DNA of 54,735 bases, filler included, from Jimgerdemannia flammicorona (taxonomy: Eukaryota): the NCBI GenBank assembly GCA_003990765.1. It is 3 parts of 3 records of this genome, joined end to end, with 100 filler letters (N's around TTAATTAATTAA, not from the genome) between each part and the next. Parts side by side here need not be neighbours in the genome. Positions count along the whole stretch, not along the records: positions 18,284 to 36,461 come from RBNJ01002276.1; positions 36,562 to 54,735 come from RBNJ01002277.1; 1 more part is not named here. One strand, written 5' to 3'. A program made the translations under genes and the position numbers. Below the pieces are notes generated by a model. The model worked only from the letters and a program-made list of their open reading frames with translations, made no database searches and was not told where the DNA came from. This document shows, piece by piece, positions 23,820-37,687 of this stretch (positions are counted from its first letter, which is position 1; the number at the start of each line of letters is the position of its first letter).

Positions 23820-26280
23820 CACAAACATTGGAGAAGACTTGACACCCCAACAACAGCAATAACTAGTAGAACTTCTCAATAAATATCAAGATATCTTCAC
23901 CACTGATTATGGCAACCTGCCATACAACCCATCATATCACCACAGCATAAATATAGGAGATGCAACACCCATCTGGCAGAAACTCTATAGAATACCCCAT
24001 CACTTGAAAACATTCGAAAAGAGCACATTCAAGAACTCTTAGACAATGGAGTCATCCGACCCTCTACCAGCCCTTGGGCCAGCCCTATACTTATTGTACC
24101 AAAGAAAGGAGGATGGAGACTTTGTGTGGATTACAGGAAACTCAATTCAGTCACCAAAAAAGATGTCTATCCTTTGCCCAGAATTGATGACCTTTTGGAC
24201 TAGTTATAAGATGCCAGATACTTCAGCAGTATGGACCTCTTTGCAGGATTCCATGAGATCCCCATGGACCCCAAAGACATTCAAAAGACAGCCTTCCTTG
24301 CCCTAGAAAAACTGTTTGAATACCTCTAAATGCTCTTTGGACTTTGCAATGCACCCCCCACCTTCTAGAGGATGATGAATTCAGTCTATGCCCCTTTGAT
24401 CCACCACTGCCTAATTGTATACATGGATGATTCCAATATCTATTCAGCAAATTTCAAAGAACACCTATACTATCTAGAGGAATTCTTTAAGCTCACCCAC
24501 AAGAACCACTTGAGATTGAATGCAAAGAAATGCTACTTTGGGAAATAGAAACTTGAATTCCTTGGATTCATAGTTTCGAAAGAAGGAACCCATGCTGAGC
24601 CAAAGAAAACTGAGAAGATCAACAATTGGCCAGTACCCAAGACCCCAAAGGAAATACTATCATTCCTAATGCTAGTATCCTACTACAGAAGGTTTATCAA
24701 GAACTTTGCCCAAATTTCCACCCCAATCTGGATCCTTCTTAAGAAAGAAGTGCTATTCAAATGGACAGAATCACAAGAAATAGCCTTCAGAGAACTCAAG
24801 AACCACATAACCACAGCACCAATCCTTGTGTGCCCCAATCTACAGAAGCCATTCATTCTGTATACAAATGCTTCCAAAGATAGCCTAGGAGTAGTTCTAG
24901 CCCAAGAAGGACCCAATCAACAGCACCATATAATAGCTTATACAAGCAGAGCTACCAATCAGCAGCAGATGAACTATGGTAGCACCAAACTGAAATGTCT
25001 TACAGTCATATGGGCAGTCACTCTGTTCAAGCATTACCTTATCAGAAAAAAGTTCACCCTGATCACAGACCATGCATCCCTCAAATGATTATTCAACTAC
25101 AAAGAACCCACTGGAATCCTAGCCTGCTGGATCCTTATCCTTCAGGATTACAAAATCACCATCATCTACAAAGCAGAGAAAGCTCACAATAATGTTGATA
25201 TACTTTCCTGCCAGCAGCAATGAACCAGAAGAAGGGTGTCCCAAGGAATTACACCCTAAAGAAGGCTCCTCAAATCATCAAGGCACAAGAAGATCTCATC
25301 TGAAAAGAATACCAGAAAGCTCACCAAGAACAGATAAGTATAGAAGACAAGATTTGAAAATAATATCAACATTGGCCCCACCTTAGAGTATAAGTCTGAG
25401 ACATCATTTGGAAATGTGACACCTGCTAGAAGTACCAAGAAAAGAAGAACTATCAAGTCTCTCTGCAACTAATTCCCCCACCTACTCACATCTTTCAAAT
25501 ATGGGAAGTAGACGTAATAGGACCTCTGCTAGTAACACCAAAACCAAACAAGTACATTCTAGTATTTGTTGAACATCTGACCAAATGGCCCAAAGCATAC
25601 TCCATGGAGATAGCAGATGCCCTGACCATTATTGGACATCTCCATGACCTTTCTCTCCAATATGGACCCTCTGAAGAACTTATCTCTGACTAAGGAACTG
25701 AATTTGTGAATAACATAATTTCAAGCTATGCACAAATTCATGGAATCCACCTGAAGAGAATCATCTCTTATTATCCACAGACCAATAGAATAACTAAAAG
25801 AATGAACCATATTATCAAGAAAGGACTTTCCAAGGTTAATCCTATCAATTGAGACCTCTGCCTATCTGAAATTCTGTGGGAAATCTGAAACACCCCTGCA
25901 GCCTCAACTAAACAAACCCCATTCAAAATGATATTTGCTGAGAAGACCAGAACTGCTGACCATGAGAACCTCAAAAAACTTCTTAAAAAAGGAGATCAGC
26001 TGAGAAATGAAGCCTGAAATCAGATTATCAAGGCCCAGGAAAGACAAAAGAAGTATTATGACCAGAAGCAGAAGGATCAGAAGATCAGGATTGGTAATTA
26101 AGTCCTAGTTTGGAGAAGCATGATTGAGACAAACTTTGCTACCAAGATGGAATCAAAATGGAAAGGACCTTATCTTGTATACAACATCAGAGGAACCAGC
26201 ATCTATTTAAGGAGTATGGATGGATGTGTCTTGAGGACTCCATTCACATCAACTGACTCAAGATATACCTGCACAAACCA
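23820..26280 (+). pseudogene. Gypsy-2 RT, RNase H and integrase
   Basis: [33 protein letters not shown](D>N)TNAS, ITDHASL, DVIGPL, YHPQ-like YYPQTN, KWKGPY. Confidence 0.95.
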
Positions 26281-26785
26281 TGACCCAGAGAATAGATCAG
26301 TATCTTCAAACCCTCATCATCAGTTCCTTTCAAGCCCTACCAATTCCCCTACCCCAGTTCCACCAACTTGAAGGAACCCCAATATAATTGATCCAGAAGC
26401 ACCAAGAGAACCTCGCTATTGCTCAAAGATTGTTACAGATCCACCATCTACAGGTCTTCTATAATATCAGAGAACTACTTCAAGAACAGCCATATATTGG
26501 AGGACCAGCTGGCATAATCTGCCAAGAAGCAAGAACTGTCAAACAAATCTAAACCTTGTACAAACGAAATGTTGGAGTCCTGGTGCAGTCTCACTTCTAC
26601 CTCAATGATATTCATCAGATGAATGAAACCACCTTTTAGAGTATTCTTCAACAAGTAGACATTCTGTTTCCCGAAGAACAAGAAGAAGATCCAGAGCTAG
26701 AATGGAGTGACTCAGATACAGAGAAGATGATGATAGAACAGGCATAGATGCAGAAGATGTCTATGCTTATTGGAATGATGACTAA
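26280..26785 (+). pseudogene. Gypsy-2 extra ORF (ORF3) between integrase and PPT
   Basis: ATG at about 26280 overlaps the integrase end. The frame contains ARTVKQI*TLYKRN...DIHQMNETTF*SILQQV and an acidic tail, weakly similar to 37189-37650. Confidence 0.55.
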
Positions 26786-26824
26786 AGGATAGTCTGGGAC
26801 AGACTACCCTTTAGTGGGGGCTGA

Positions 26825-28029
26825 TGTGACAAACTACAAAACATAGCAATCTCAAAACCTAACCAGGTGATGTGAACATTAGTATAGTATAGTAACTAGC
26901 AATCATTACTGTGGAAAATGTATAAATAACCAGATAGTCAAAGAAAGGAATAATGTGAACAGTGGCTGTTCCCTGGACAGTAGCTGTCTGCCAGACAGTA
27001 GCTGTCCACCCAAACACATCATAAATAGCAATCTATAGTTAGCCAGATAGTAACCAGATAGCAACCACAATGTATAAATTACCCTAGAGATGAGAGTAAA
27101 TAAACCTCAGTCCAAAATTGAATCCAAAAAGCAAAAGACATGTCTGCCTACTACACTTCAAGGGATATGCCTGCCAAAAGCCACTAGATCTAAGAAGGAT
27201 TACAACACTTAGAAGAAACACCTGCTCTAAAGCCACTATTAGGAGATTGTAAGCATTGGTTCCCTTTTTCCACTCCAGTCCACTTTCCAATATAAAGAAG
27301 AGTCCATTTTTGGTTTGCTTGCCAGATAAGCCTGAAGAAAAGTCCACTGCTTAAGGAATAAGCTGCTATATTTAATTTGCTTACCAGATAAGTCTGAAGA
27401 TTTGCCACCCAAGTTTAAGGAAGAACTTCGCCACTATTTTCCAGTTGAAGCTACTGATTCAGGAAGAATCTGCATCATCTGAGTTAATTCCCAGTTGAAG
27501 CCATCATTTCCAAGTTATCTGCTATTCTCAGTAAAGCCCATTGCCTGAGTTATTGTTCTCAGAAAGCCCACTACATTCTTATCTGAGTTATTCAAATTAT
27601 CCACCTTGCCTGATTTATCCGAATTGCCTGCCAAATTGAGTTATCTGCCAGATTGCTGCATTCCCAGTTGACCTGTATAAGGAAATCCACTTGCACTATA
27701 CAAAAGATTGTCATGCCAGAAATCACATACTTTTGGAGATTGCCTCACTATACAAAATTGTGGTATTCCCAGTTGACCCAAATAAGGAATCTGCTTGTGC
27801 TACACACAAATTGACTACCATCCAAGAAGGAAACTGCTCACACAAATTACTGCTACACCCAAGAACCTGTCCCAAAAAGGAAACTGCTTATATAGTATCC
27901 AGATCTTGACTATTATACTGCTAAACACCAAGAACATTTTGTTGCTTTTAACAAAGTAACTGGGGGCTCAAGCCAAACTATATCAACCCCCAACCTTGTA
28001 ATTTGTCTCCATTGAGCTGGTATATTACA
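26825..28029 (+). repeat. Gypsy-2 3' LTR
   Basis: TGTGAC after the PPT-like TTAGTGGGGGCTGA; TATA-like TGTATAAAT, AATAAA; ends TATTACA. Confidence 0.88.
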
Positions 28030-31000
28030 GTACTAAGTGATAGTTATTGGGAGGAGATTCTTTATGAAGAAGAAGTACCAAGAAAGATTAGAAATGAAAT
28101 CCTGATAGTGCTCTTGGAGTTGGAGGAATATCAAGTTGATGATCAGAGAGAGGAGGCCCTTCAGGGGATTGCAAATAACTGAGCAGCATACTTGTGAGGC
28201 TCAAGGAAGAGGTTGGAGAAGTGAAGAGTGGTATGCACAGATTATTAGATGGAAATAAAGATTGTGGATAGAGTGGAGTGTCAGAAAATCTTGGAAGCAC
28301 TGGATGCTCAGGCTGTAGCAGAGGATGATTTAGAGGCAGAGTAGCATTTGGATCTAACTGGGAATAGGATGAGTATAGAATTCTAGACTGGGCTCTCAAT
28401 ATCAAACATTTTTCAATATGAATAGTACAACTAGAATCCTTTCTTTGAATGTGAATAGGTTGAGGAGAGCAGCATGATGAAGGAATATCTTTAGCTGACT
28501 GAGGGGACTGGATGCAGATCTCTTCTTACTGCAGAATGTATGATATGAGATAGACATAGACTTACTGGACTGGACTAGGGAATGGAGTGGGGCAGCTGTA
28601 TAGACTGGGTGGGTGGGCATTCTGGTTTGAAAGAGGATGGGGGACATTGGAGATATTGGACATTGGGAGAGTAGGTTGGTATAGGGAGTATGGAAGAGGT
28701 CTGGGTGGAACCCTTTGACTGTTGGGTTGTGTTATTGCCCAGCTGAGAGGGGGGAATGTGTAGATTGGGTCAGAGACCTGAGAGAGGCTGGTGTTATGGG
28801 TGAGGCAGGGATTGATTGTTTGGGGGGGGATTTCAACATAGTATGTGATAATGGGATGGACAGAACTAATGGCAGGAGAGGAATGAGAGGCAAAAGTAGC
28901 AGGTTAGACAATTGGATAAAGATTGAGAGGTTGAGCTCCTTGGTTAACTCAGGGCAACAGTTTTGGGTGGATTGTCGAATTTATACCCACTGGGTGACAG
29001 GGCTGGGCTCCAGGATTAACTGGGTATTGATGGCAGAGTGCTGGGAAGTAGATGTCTGAGATATGCTGGAGGTGGTTTGGTGCCCATAGTCAGATCACTG
29101 GGGTCTGATAGGGTGTGGGAGATTTGGGGGAAGTGGGGATGGGTCTGAACATTGGTGACTGAACTCTTCATTGTTGGAGGATGGTTCCTTATGGGCCAAT
29201 TGGGAGGTGGAAGTTATTGAGAAGATTAATGGATGGTGGGAGCAGAGATTGGTGATTGGGGATCACTGGTGGTGGCTGAAAATGAGTGCTCAGAGGTACT
29301 GGAGGGAGGCAGGGAAAGGAAGGAGTGCTCAGCAGTGGCAGCAAGTGCAATGGGCTTTACAGATATTGGCAGTACTTTTGGGGAGGTGGGCAGGGTCTCT
29401 GGAGGGTTAGAAGGCAGCTGATTGGCATATTCTGCAGATACAAAAGAAAGTAGATAAGCTTAAGGAAGTGCTATGAACAGAGAAAGAGGCTCGGCTGAAG
29501 GGGATGGTAGCAAGGTTGTGGTGGCAGAGGTTGGAGGAGGGGGAGAGGCCCACTAGGTTTCTTTCCCAGTTGCTCCAAGCTCAAAGAACCAGATAGCAGT
29601 AAGATGGTATTTTTGATGAGGATGGGGAGATAGTGGCAGGGACTCTTAAGATTCTGGAATTGCTGAGGACTCACTGAGAGAATTTATGGAGTGAGAAAGA
29701 AGGGGGTGAGAATGCCTTGAACATTGAATAGCAGTTGGAGGATTGGTATCCAGACCCAGTATTGAGCCTAGGGATACTGGGAGATCTAGTGTAGGGAGAG
29801 GAAGTTTGCAAGGTTTTGGCTTTGACAAGCAAGGGGACAGCTCTAGGAGAGGATGGACTTCCTTGGGATTTTTGGAAGAAGATGGTGGGGGTGGAGGTGG
29901 TATTGAAGGAGATGACAGTGATGTATGGTGAGGTTCTTCGGTCTGGAACTTGGATTGGGAGCCAGTGCCTAGGGTTGGTCTCTCTGCTCTATAAGGATAA
30001 GGGGAGAAGAGAAGATTAGAAGAACTGGTGACTGATCATGCTTCTTGATATGGACTGCAAGCTGGTGACAAAGATCTTGGTGACTAGACTGCAAAGAATC
30101 ACTCAGCAAGTACTAGAAGTGGAGCAGAGAGGGTTTGTTAGTGGTCAGTTGATCTGAGATGGAACTGTCTGGGTCTATGGGGTAATTGAAGGGGCTCAGA
30201 CAGCTGGGGTCAATAGTCAGTTAGTATTTCTGGATCAGGAGAAGGCATATGACAGAGTGAGGAGGATCTGGCTAGAGAGAGTGCTGAAATGAGTGGGAGT
30301 TCCCCCAGGGTTCAGGAGGTCAGTAATCAGTCTATTGGAAAACAGTCAAGCAGTATTGATAGTGAATGGGCACAGGGGTGTAACTTTCCCACTTAGTTGT
30401 GGGGTGCCACAAGGAGATCCTTTGTTACCTATCTTATATACCCTTTTCTTGAAACCTCTATTGGACAGAATCAGACATTGAATTAGGAGTTTGGATATTT
30501 TGGGAATTAATTAGAAAGTGGGGGCTTTTGTGGATAATATGGTGGCTGGACTGAGTTCATTGGAGGATGTGGAGGAATTAAGGAGGTCTGTAGAATGGTA
30601 TAAGAGGGGCTCAGATGCTAAACTCAACTGGCACAAATGTGAGACTCTGGTGCTAGGTGGCAGAATAGTTAGTGGTAATATGATTGGAACAGTGGTGCTG
30701 GCAGGAGAACCAGTCCATTACTTGGGGATCTACTTCTCAATATATGGGTCTCTCCTGCCTTATGCATGGTGGGAACAGCAGCTCCTAGTATAGGAAAATG
30801 TACTCTAAAGGTGGAGTGGTCAGCACATATCCTTGGCAGGAAGGGTGATGGTGCTGAATGTGTATTGGCTGCTGAAGCTGTGGTATGTAGAGTATTATCT
30901 GGACTTCCCAGTATGGGTGGTCAGAAGACTTCTGAAGATGGCAAGATCATGGATTAGAGCTGGGTGGTGAAGCCAGATAGGATGGGAGGTTCTGACCCTG

Positions 31001-32150
31001 CCTGTTGACAGAGGTGGGCTCAGCTTGGTGGACTTTACCAAATGTCTTCATTGCCTGAGAGAATGGTGGCTGAAGAGGGCAAGTGAGTTGAGGGGCTAGG
31101 AATGGGTACTACTTATGCAGAGGGTGTGGAAAGCCCAGTATTTCCCTTGTGGAGCAACTGGCAATCTGCTTGCAATGGTGGCCCTGGATGGAAGAAGAAG
31201 GATGAGATATAAAGGCTTTTGGTGGAGAGTGGTGAATGGTGCAAGGAGAATTGGACTTCAGTGACAGAGTGATGAGGGAGAGGAGGACTGGGGACCACAG
31301 ATATGGAGATGGGCCAGACTACTACTGGGTGGTGTATTGGTGGAGGATTTCCAGCTTGGCAATGGAATGGAATATATGTGGGGTCTAGGGGGGGACCTGT
31401 GACCTGAAGCATGGCAGAGGGTGGGTATTGGCAAGGAGTGAGACTGGAATGGTCTTTGGCCTTGAAGCAAGCAGGTGATACGATGACTTCCCCCCAAGTT
31501 CTGGGTAATATGGTGGAGGTTTCTAAGGCAGAATGTGATACTGAACTATCAGTCTGGATACTTGGTAGTGGATGGCATGTTTGAGTGTGAGGAATGTATG
31601 GATGTTGGCCAGAAGGGGGGAGTGGTACAAATGCCTGAACATTGACTTAGTGAGTGTGAAGTCCTGGAGGAGTTTTGGTACCACATTGCAAACCAGTTAG
31701 GACTGCAGGCCCTAGTGAAGGGGGAAGGGGGGAGATGGGGGGACCTCTGCTGAAGGCTAGTGGGTGGGATTGGGGATGAATGGTTGACCTTGGGATGGGT
31801 TCTGGCAATTTGGATTGAGCTGGCTGGGCATTGGTTACATATATTCAAGGAGGGCTGGCAGGCTGAGGTTGGAGCTAGGGCGGTATGATGGGAATAGTTA
31901 GTACTTGACATTTTGAATAGCTGGTGGAGAGGGTGGGGACCAGGTGGGGGGAGCTGATGGAGTTTGGTGAATTGTATTTGTTGAAAAAGTGGAGGGAGGG
32001 TTCAGATAGTGAGTGACTGAGTTATCCTCCAACAGAGAGAGATAGAGGATAGAGAAAAGAATCTGAGGGGTATCATTTGAGGGGTTGGGGGTGAAATTGT
32101 ATTATTATTTATAGATTGAGATAATAAAGGGAAGTCCAAGTGACTATAAA

Positions 32151-32193
<43 letters not shown>
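28030..32193 (+). mobile_element. LINE-C (ORF1 3' end, ORF2 from 28418, poly-A tail), degenerate
   Basis: MNSTTRILSLNVN, GGDFNIV, GVPQGDPL and AFVDN motifs, poly-A at 32155-32193. Close relative of LINE-A. Confidence 0.93.
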
Positions 32194-32197
<4 letters not shown>

Positions 32198-35100
32198 TAA
32201 GATGAGACTGTGAGTACAGGGGCTGATATCTCAATACTGGATGGAGGGCAGCCAGTGACTCCTAGGGAGAAGGAGGTGGGAAATCTGCTATAGATATATA
32301 AGATAATGAACAACTTTGCAGTAGAGGAGTTAGGGGAGGTGGACCTGTAAGTGATGAGTGATGAGTATTGGGTATATAACCTACATGGCAAGAGAGTGGT
32401 GGAGGTATGGAAGGCAGAGATTCTTGTAGTTTTTCTGGGAGAGGAAGGGTATGAGGTTGATAAGGAGAGAGAGGCTGAGCTGGCAGTTGCTGCTAGTAAG
32501 AGGGCTGCTTTCTGTTGAGCAGAGTGGTATGGGTTGCAGCTCTGGCAGGAGGCCTGTCTGAAATATTATGAGGAATTCAAGGAGAAGGAGGATGGGGAGC
32601 TTACAGAACTTCTGGTTGGACTGGAGGCTAAGAGGACTAAAGAGGAGGAAGCTGTGGAACATGATCTGGACCTGGCTCAGAAGGAGATGAATATGGAGTA
32701 GTAGAGGATATGCTTGCTATTATACATTATTCCTTATGAACAGTACAATCAATATTTTTTCTTTAAATGTGAATGGATTATGGGGTTTGTTTCATTGACA
32801 GAATATTTTTGCTTGACTGAAGAGATTGGAGGCTGATCTCTTTCTTTTGCAGGATGTCAGGTGTGAGGATAATTTGGATAAACTAGAATAGACAAAGAAA
32901 TGGGGAGGGGAGGCAGTTTGGAAGGACAAGGTTGGGATTCTGGTCAGGAAGAGCAGAGGGGAGGTATGAGATGTGTAGAACTGGAGAGATAGGCTGGTTT
33001 GGGGAGAGTGAATTTGCACTGGTCAGGAATTAGTTATAGTGGAATCCTGCTACTATCCTGTAGTATGGGGTGAGTGTATAGAGTGGGTGAAGAGTCTTCT
33101 GGAGAGAGGGACTCTGGCAGAGACTGGAGTAGACATGCTTGGTAGGGACTTTAATATGATCAGAGATGCACTGTTGGATAGAACTGATGGAGGGCAGGGG
33201 GCAGAGGGTAGAAGTGGAGGGTTGGAAGCATAGGAGGAAGTAGAGAGGCTGAGTGCTTTGATGGATGCTGGCAGGAGGTATTGGGATAACAGAAGGGTAT
33301 ATATACATTGAGTGAGTGGTCTGGGGACAAGGATTGACTGGATTTTGACAGCAGACTGCTGAGGTCTGGATGTTTAGAGGTCACTGGAGGCTGAATGGTG
33401 TACATGATCTGATCATTGGAGATTTCTGAGACAGGGCCATTTTGGGAGGAGTGGGGATGGACTGGGACATTAGCACCTCAACTCCTCCCTGTTAGACAAT
33501 AAGGTACTATAGGACAAGTGAGCTGAGGATATTCAGCAGAGGGTGGAGGGGTGGATACAGGAAGGTGCCTCAGTTGGAGCTAGGTGAATGAGGTTGAAAG
33601 AGGCTGCTAGAGTCTATTGGAGAGAGGCAAGTAAGATGGCTGATAGATAGAGGAGGAAGAAGAGGTTGTGGGCCTCTGCTAGATTATCAAGGCTGTTGGA
33701 AGATTGGGCAGATCTGTTGGCCCTGGAGAGGGTGGAGGATTGGAGATTGTTACAGATAAAAAAGGAGGTTGTGGAGTTGCAACAGGTATTGTGGGAGGAG
33801 AAGAAAGTGCAGGTGCAGAGAATGGTGGTACATCTATATTGGCAGGGGCTGGAGGAAGGAGAGAGGCCCTCTAAGTTTCTCATGAGGGCTCTTTGAGCAA
33901 GGAGGGTTCAGCAGAGGTAGGAGGGGGTTCTCGATTCTGAGGGGCTATTGGTGCATAGTATATAAGATATTCTCAGGTCACTGAAGGAGAAGTGGAGTGG
34001 CTTGTGGAGTGAGAAGGAGGGTAGGGCTGAGGCTGCTGCCATTGATCTTATCTTGGAGGATTGGCACCCACTATAGGTAGAAGGGTTGGGCAATCTGGTG
34101 ATACTGGTGCAGGAGGAGAAGATTTGTTAGATTCTTGCCATGACTATACTGAGTACAGCACCAGAGGAGGATGGCATGCCCTGGGATTTCTGGAAGAAGA
34201 TGGTGGATGTCCCTGGTATACTGGGAGAGCTGAGGGCACTATGCGACTTAGTACTGCAATCTGAGAGATAGGTAGATGAGCAGGATCTGGGGCTGGTGGC
34301 ACTACTGTATAAGAATAAGAGTAGGAGGAAGGACTGAAAGAACTGGAGGCTGATCATGCTACTGGACATAGACAGGAAGTTGATTACTAAGATAGTAATA
34401 GTGAGGCTGCAGAAGGTGGCCCAATAGATCTTATGGGTAGAGCAGTGGGAATTTGTCAGGGGCCAACTCATTTGGGATAGCATGGCTTGGGTACATAGCA
34501 TTATTGAAGAGGCATAAGCCTGTAGACTGGATAGGCACCTGGTCTTCTTGGATTAAGAGAAGGTATATGACCATGTTTGGAGGGTCTGATTGACAAAGAT
34601 ACTAGATAGAATTGGCATCCCTCAACAGTTTTGAGCAGTAATGGTCAGCCTACTAAAAGGGAGCAGGGCTGCACTCATGTGTAATAGGTATAGAGGGGTG
34701 GCTTTCTCTCTGGGTAGGGGTGTTCCCCAGGGGGATCCACTGTCTTCCATTTTGTATATGCTCTCCTTGGAGCCCTTAATGGATAGGATTTGACAGAAGA
34801 CAGGAGGGCTTTCAGTATTTAGCATTGAGTGAAAAGTAGGTGCCTTTGCAGATGATATAGTGGTAGGCCTGGGCTCAATTACTGATGTTGTGAAACTAAA
34901 AGAGACCATGGAGTGGTATGAGGTGCACTCTGGGGCTAAACTCAATTAATATAAGTGTGAAATAATGATACTGGGTAATGGCCTGGTGGGGGGGGATGTC
35001 ATCAGAACAATTGTCTCTACTGAGGAGGCAGTGAGATACTTGGGCATCTATCTTTCAATATATGAGTCAGTTCTTCCAAAACTCTGGTGAGAGCAGTGGA

Positions 35101-36461
35101 TTATTATCTGGGGAGAGGTCCTGTGGAGCTGAAGAGGCCACCACTTATCTCTGGCAGGGCATGTTTCTATCTTGAATACTTACTGGCTGCTGAAGTTGTG
35201 GTATTTGGCTTATCATCTGGACTTCCTGGCCTGGGTGGTGAAGAGACTGTTGAAACTAGCCAAGGAGTGGATCTGGGCTGGGAGGAGGAGTCAGATCAGC
35301 TGAGAAATCTTATCCTTACTAGTAACTAGAGGGGGACTCAGACTGGTTGACTTCCCAAAGAGGTTGCACTGCCTGAGAGTATGGTGGCTGAAGAGAGCTG
35401 TTGAGCTAGGGGGTGGCAGCTGGGTTCCTCTGTTAGAAAAGGTCTGGGAGATAAGGTTTTCACTGAGAGGCTCTACTGGAGATCTTCTGTCCTTGGTTAG
35501 ACTTCAGAATAATAGGCACATGTGGTTTAAGGGCTTCTGGTGAGGAGTTGCTAATGGGGCACACTATATTGGCATTCATTTGCAGAGAGATAAGAGAGAA
35601 AGACCTTGGGGCCTAGCAATGTGGAGATGGGACTGAGTGTTGCTGGGGGGTATCTTCTTTGGTGACTTTGATATTAGTGATGGGGTTGAGTATCAGAGGG
35701 AGTTGGGGCAGGATCTGTGGCCCAGCAGATAGCAGTTAGTAGGTATCAGAGAGAAGAGTGAAACTGGAATAGAATCTGGACATGGAGTGCTGAGGTTTAG
35801 CAGTGGCTACCACCAAAGTATTGGGTAATCTGGTGGCACATGTTGAGGAGGAATATTATGCTCAACTTTTACTCTGGCCACCTGGTGGAAGGGGGGAACT
35901 TTGACTATAAGGAGTGCTACAATTTTGGGCAGGAAGGGGGCTTTGTACAGATGCCTAAACATTGGCTAGAGGAGTGCGAGGTATTCAGTGACTTCTGGAT
36001 AGTAGTTGGGAAGAGGTTGGGTATCATGTAGAGAGGGGATGGTATAAGGGATCAGTGGGAGGATTTGTGGGATAGATTGGTGGGAGAGGTTGGGAAGGAG
36101 TGGCTTACTTTGGAGTGAGTACTGGCTGTATGGGTGGGGTTAGTGGGTCACTGGTTATTTGTATTTGAGGATGTGAGACATCTGGGCTTGGGAGTATAAT
36201 AGTTACAATGAGAAGGATTGATGGAGGATACTTTGATAGACTGGTAGCATGGTTGGAGACTGCAGGATGGTTGGCGGCATCATTTGGTAGAGAGAATATG
36301 TGGACAAAGTAGAGAGAGAGTTGGGGTTGTGAGAGACAGAGTGATTTTCAAGTATAAAAGAGTTGGAGAGAGGGGGGGTTCCCCTATGGAGATTGGGTAG
36401 TAGGAGGAGATAATGTAATTTTATGTATAAACTAGTAATAAATGATATAGTCTAAGTGACT
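32194..36461 (+). mobile_element. LINE-D (ORF1 3' part, ORF2 from 32736, 3' end at the gap), degenerate
   Basis: MNSTINIFSLNVNGL, GVPQGDPLS and AFADD motifs; family 3' terminus AATAAA...AGTCTAAGTGACT before the gap. Confidence 0.92.
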
Positions 36462-36561
36462 NNNNNNNNNNNNNNNNNNNNNNNNNNNNNNNNNNNNNNN
36501 NNNNNTTAATTAATTAANNNNNNNNNNNNNNNNNNNNNNNNNNNNNNNNNNNNNNNNNNNN
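36462..36561. other. Assembly gap with artificial TTAATTAATTAA linker
   Basis: Same layout as 18184-18283. Confidence 0.97.
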
Positions 36562-37199
36562 AAGTAACTACAGATAGAGGAACCGAATTCGTGAACCAGT
36601 TCTTCGAAGTTCTCTACAAGAAGTACAAGATCCAGCACATTCGGACCACAGCCTATCACCCTCAAGGAAATGGACAAGTAGAAAGAACCAACAAGACCCT
36701 CAAGAATGTTATCGCCAAGATCTGTGATAACTACGAGAACTGGGATCACTATCTGCCAATAGCATTATCTGCTCTCCGGGATATCCAATCACAAAGCACC
36801 CACTTTACCCCTCGAGAAATGCTGTTCAGAGAAGAATGTTCTCAAGGAACCCTATCATCCAATGGAGAGGCCATATGAAAACATGTGGACATGGAAATAT
36901 GGAGACTACACCAAATCAGGAAGAAGGCTGAGGATTACATAACCAAGGTGCAGACACTATAATGGAGGAATGCAGAAAAGACCCATAAGCTCTTGGAGAT
37001 TATCAAGATAGGAGACAAGGTCCTAGTGTATCGGAATATGGTAGAAGCTTCATGGTCACGAAAACTGGAGCCCAAGTGGGAAGGACCTTACCTTGTGCAA
37101 GATATAAAAGGGACTACCTTTTGGCTACGAAAACCCTCAGGCACAATAATTCCCACCACCATTCACTGAAACCGACTCAAGAAATATCATGGCCAGTAA
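36562..37199 (+). pseudogene. Gypsy-3 integrase core and GPY/F module
   Basis: ORF 36591-36878 and its in-frame continuation through a few stops. Confidence 0.93.
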
Positions 37200-37650
37200 C
37201 AAAAGTACTGCAATGGCACTCAAGATCACTAGTGCTGCCCAAAGAGCCATCGAAAGACAATGGCACACCACCGAGCCTCCGACCATAGAGCCATTTTACG
37301 AGGATATTCAGAGTATTGTGCAGACTCATCTCTCTCGGATCTCGTACTTTAGAGCCTATCAATACCGAGCAGAATTCCAAGAGTACTTCAAGCTTGGACA
37401 GGTACTCAATCAGGATCCAGCAAAGACCAAGGAGGACTGGATTGCCGAGTGTCAACTCTCTCACTCACAGATCACTATTGCCAAAAGGATCCACAAGTTA
37501 TTCCAAGAAGATGAAGCAGCGATAGACCACCTGAGAGGAGTAACCCCTACCGACTTCGAGAAAGTGAGAAGACATCATTGGGAAACAGTTATGCAGCAAA
37601 TTGCACAGTACAAGACCATACAGACCGTTGAAGCCTGGGAGTTTGAATAG
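37189..37650 (+). CDS. Gypsy-3 ORF3, 153-aa unknown soluble helical protein
   Basis: Intact ATG-TAG ORF that overlaps the integrase stop and ends just before the PPT. Homologous to the LTR-embedded ORF of Gypsy-4. Confidence 0.8.
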   Translation: MASNKSTAMALKITSAAQRAIERQWHTTEPPTIEPFYEDIQSIVQTHLSRISYFRAYQYRAEFQEYFKLGQVLNQDPAKTKEDWIAECQLSHSQITIAKRIHKLFQEDEAAIDHLRGVTPTDFEKVRRHHWETVMQQIAQYKTIQTVEAWEFE

Positions 37651-37687
37651 ATGCCTCAGAGATGAGACCATCCATTTAGGAGGAAGT

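Larger units (their letters stand above)
18300..28029 (+). mobile_element. Gypsy-2: LTR retrotransposon gag-PR-(Cys-rich insert)-dUTPase-RT-RH-IN-ORF3, degenerate
   Basis: Partial 5' LTR 18300-19271, PBS, all pol domains in Ty3/Gypsy order, PPT, and 3' LTR 26825-28029. Confidence 0.93.

Noticed and set aside
27140..27390. Possible LTR-embedded ORF in Gypsy-2 starting MSAYYTS after the TATA box
   Set aside because: Several stops, no similarity to ORF3, and the matching part of the 5' LTR is missing, so it cannot be supported.
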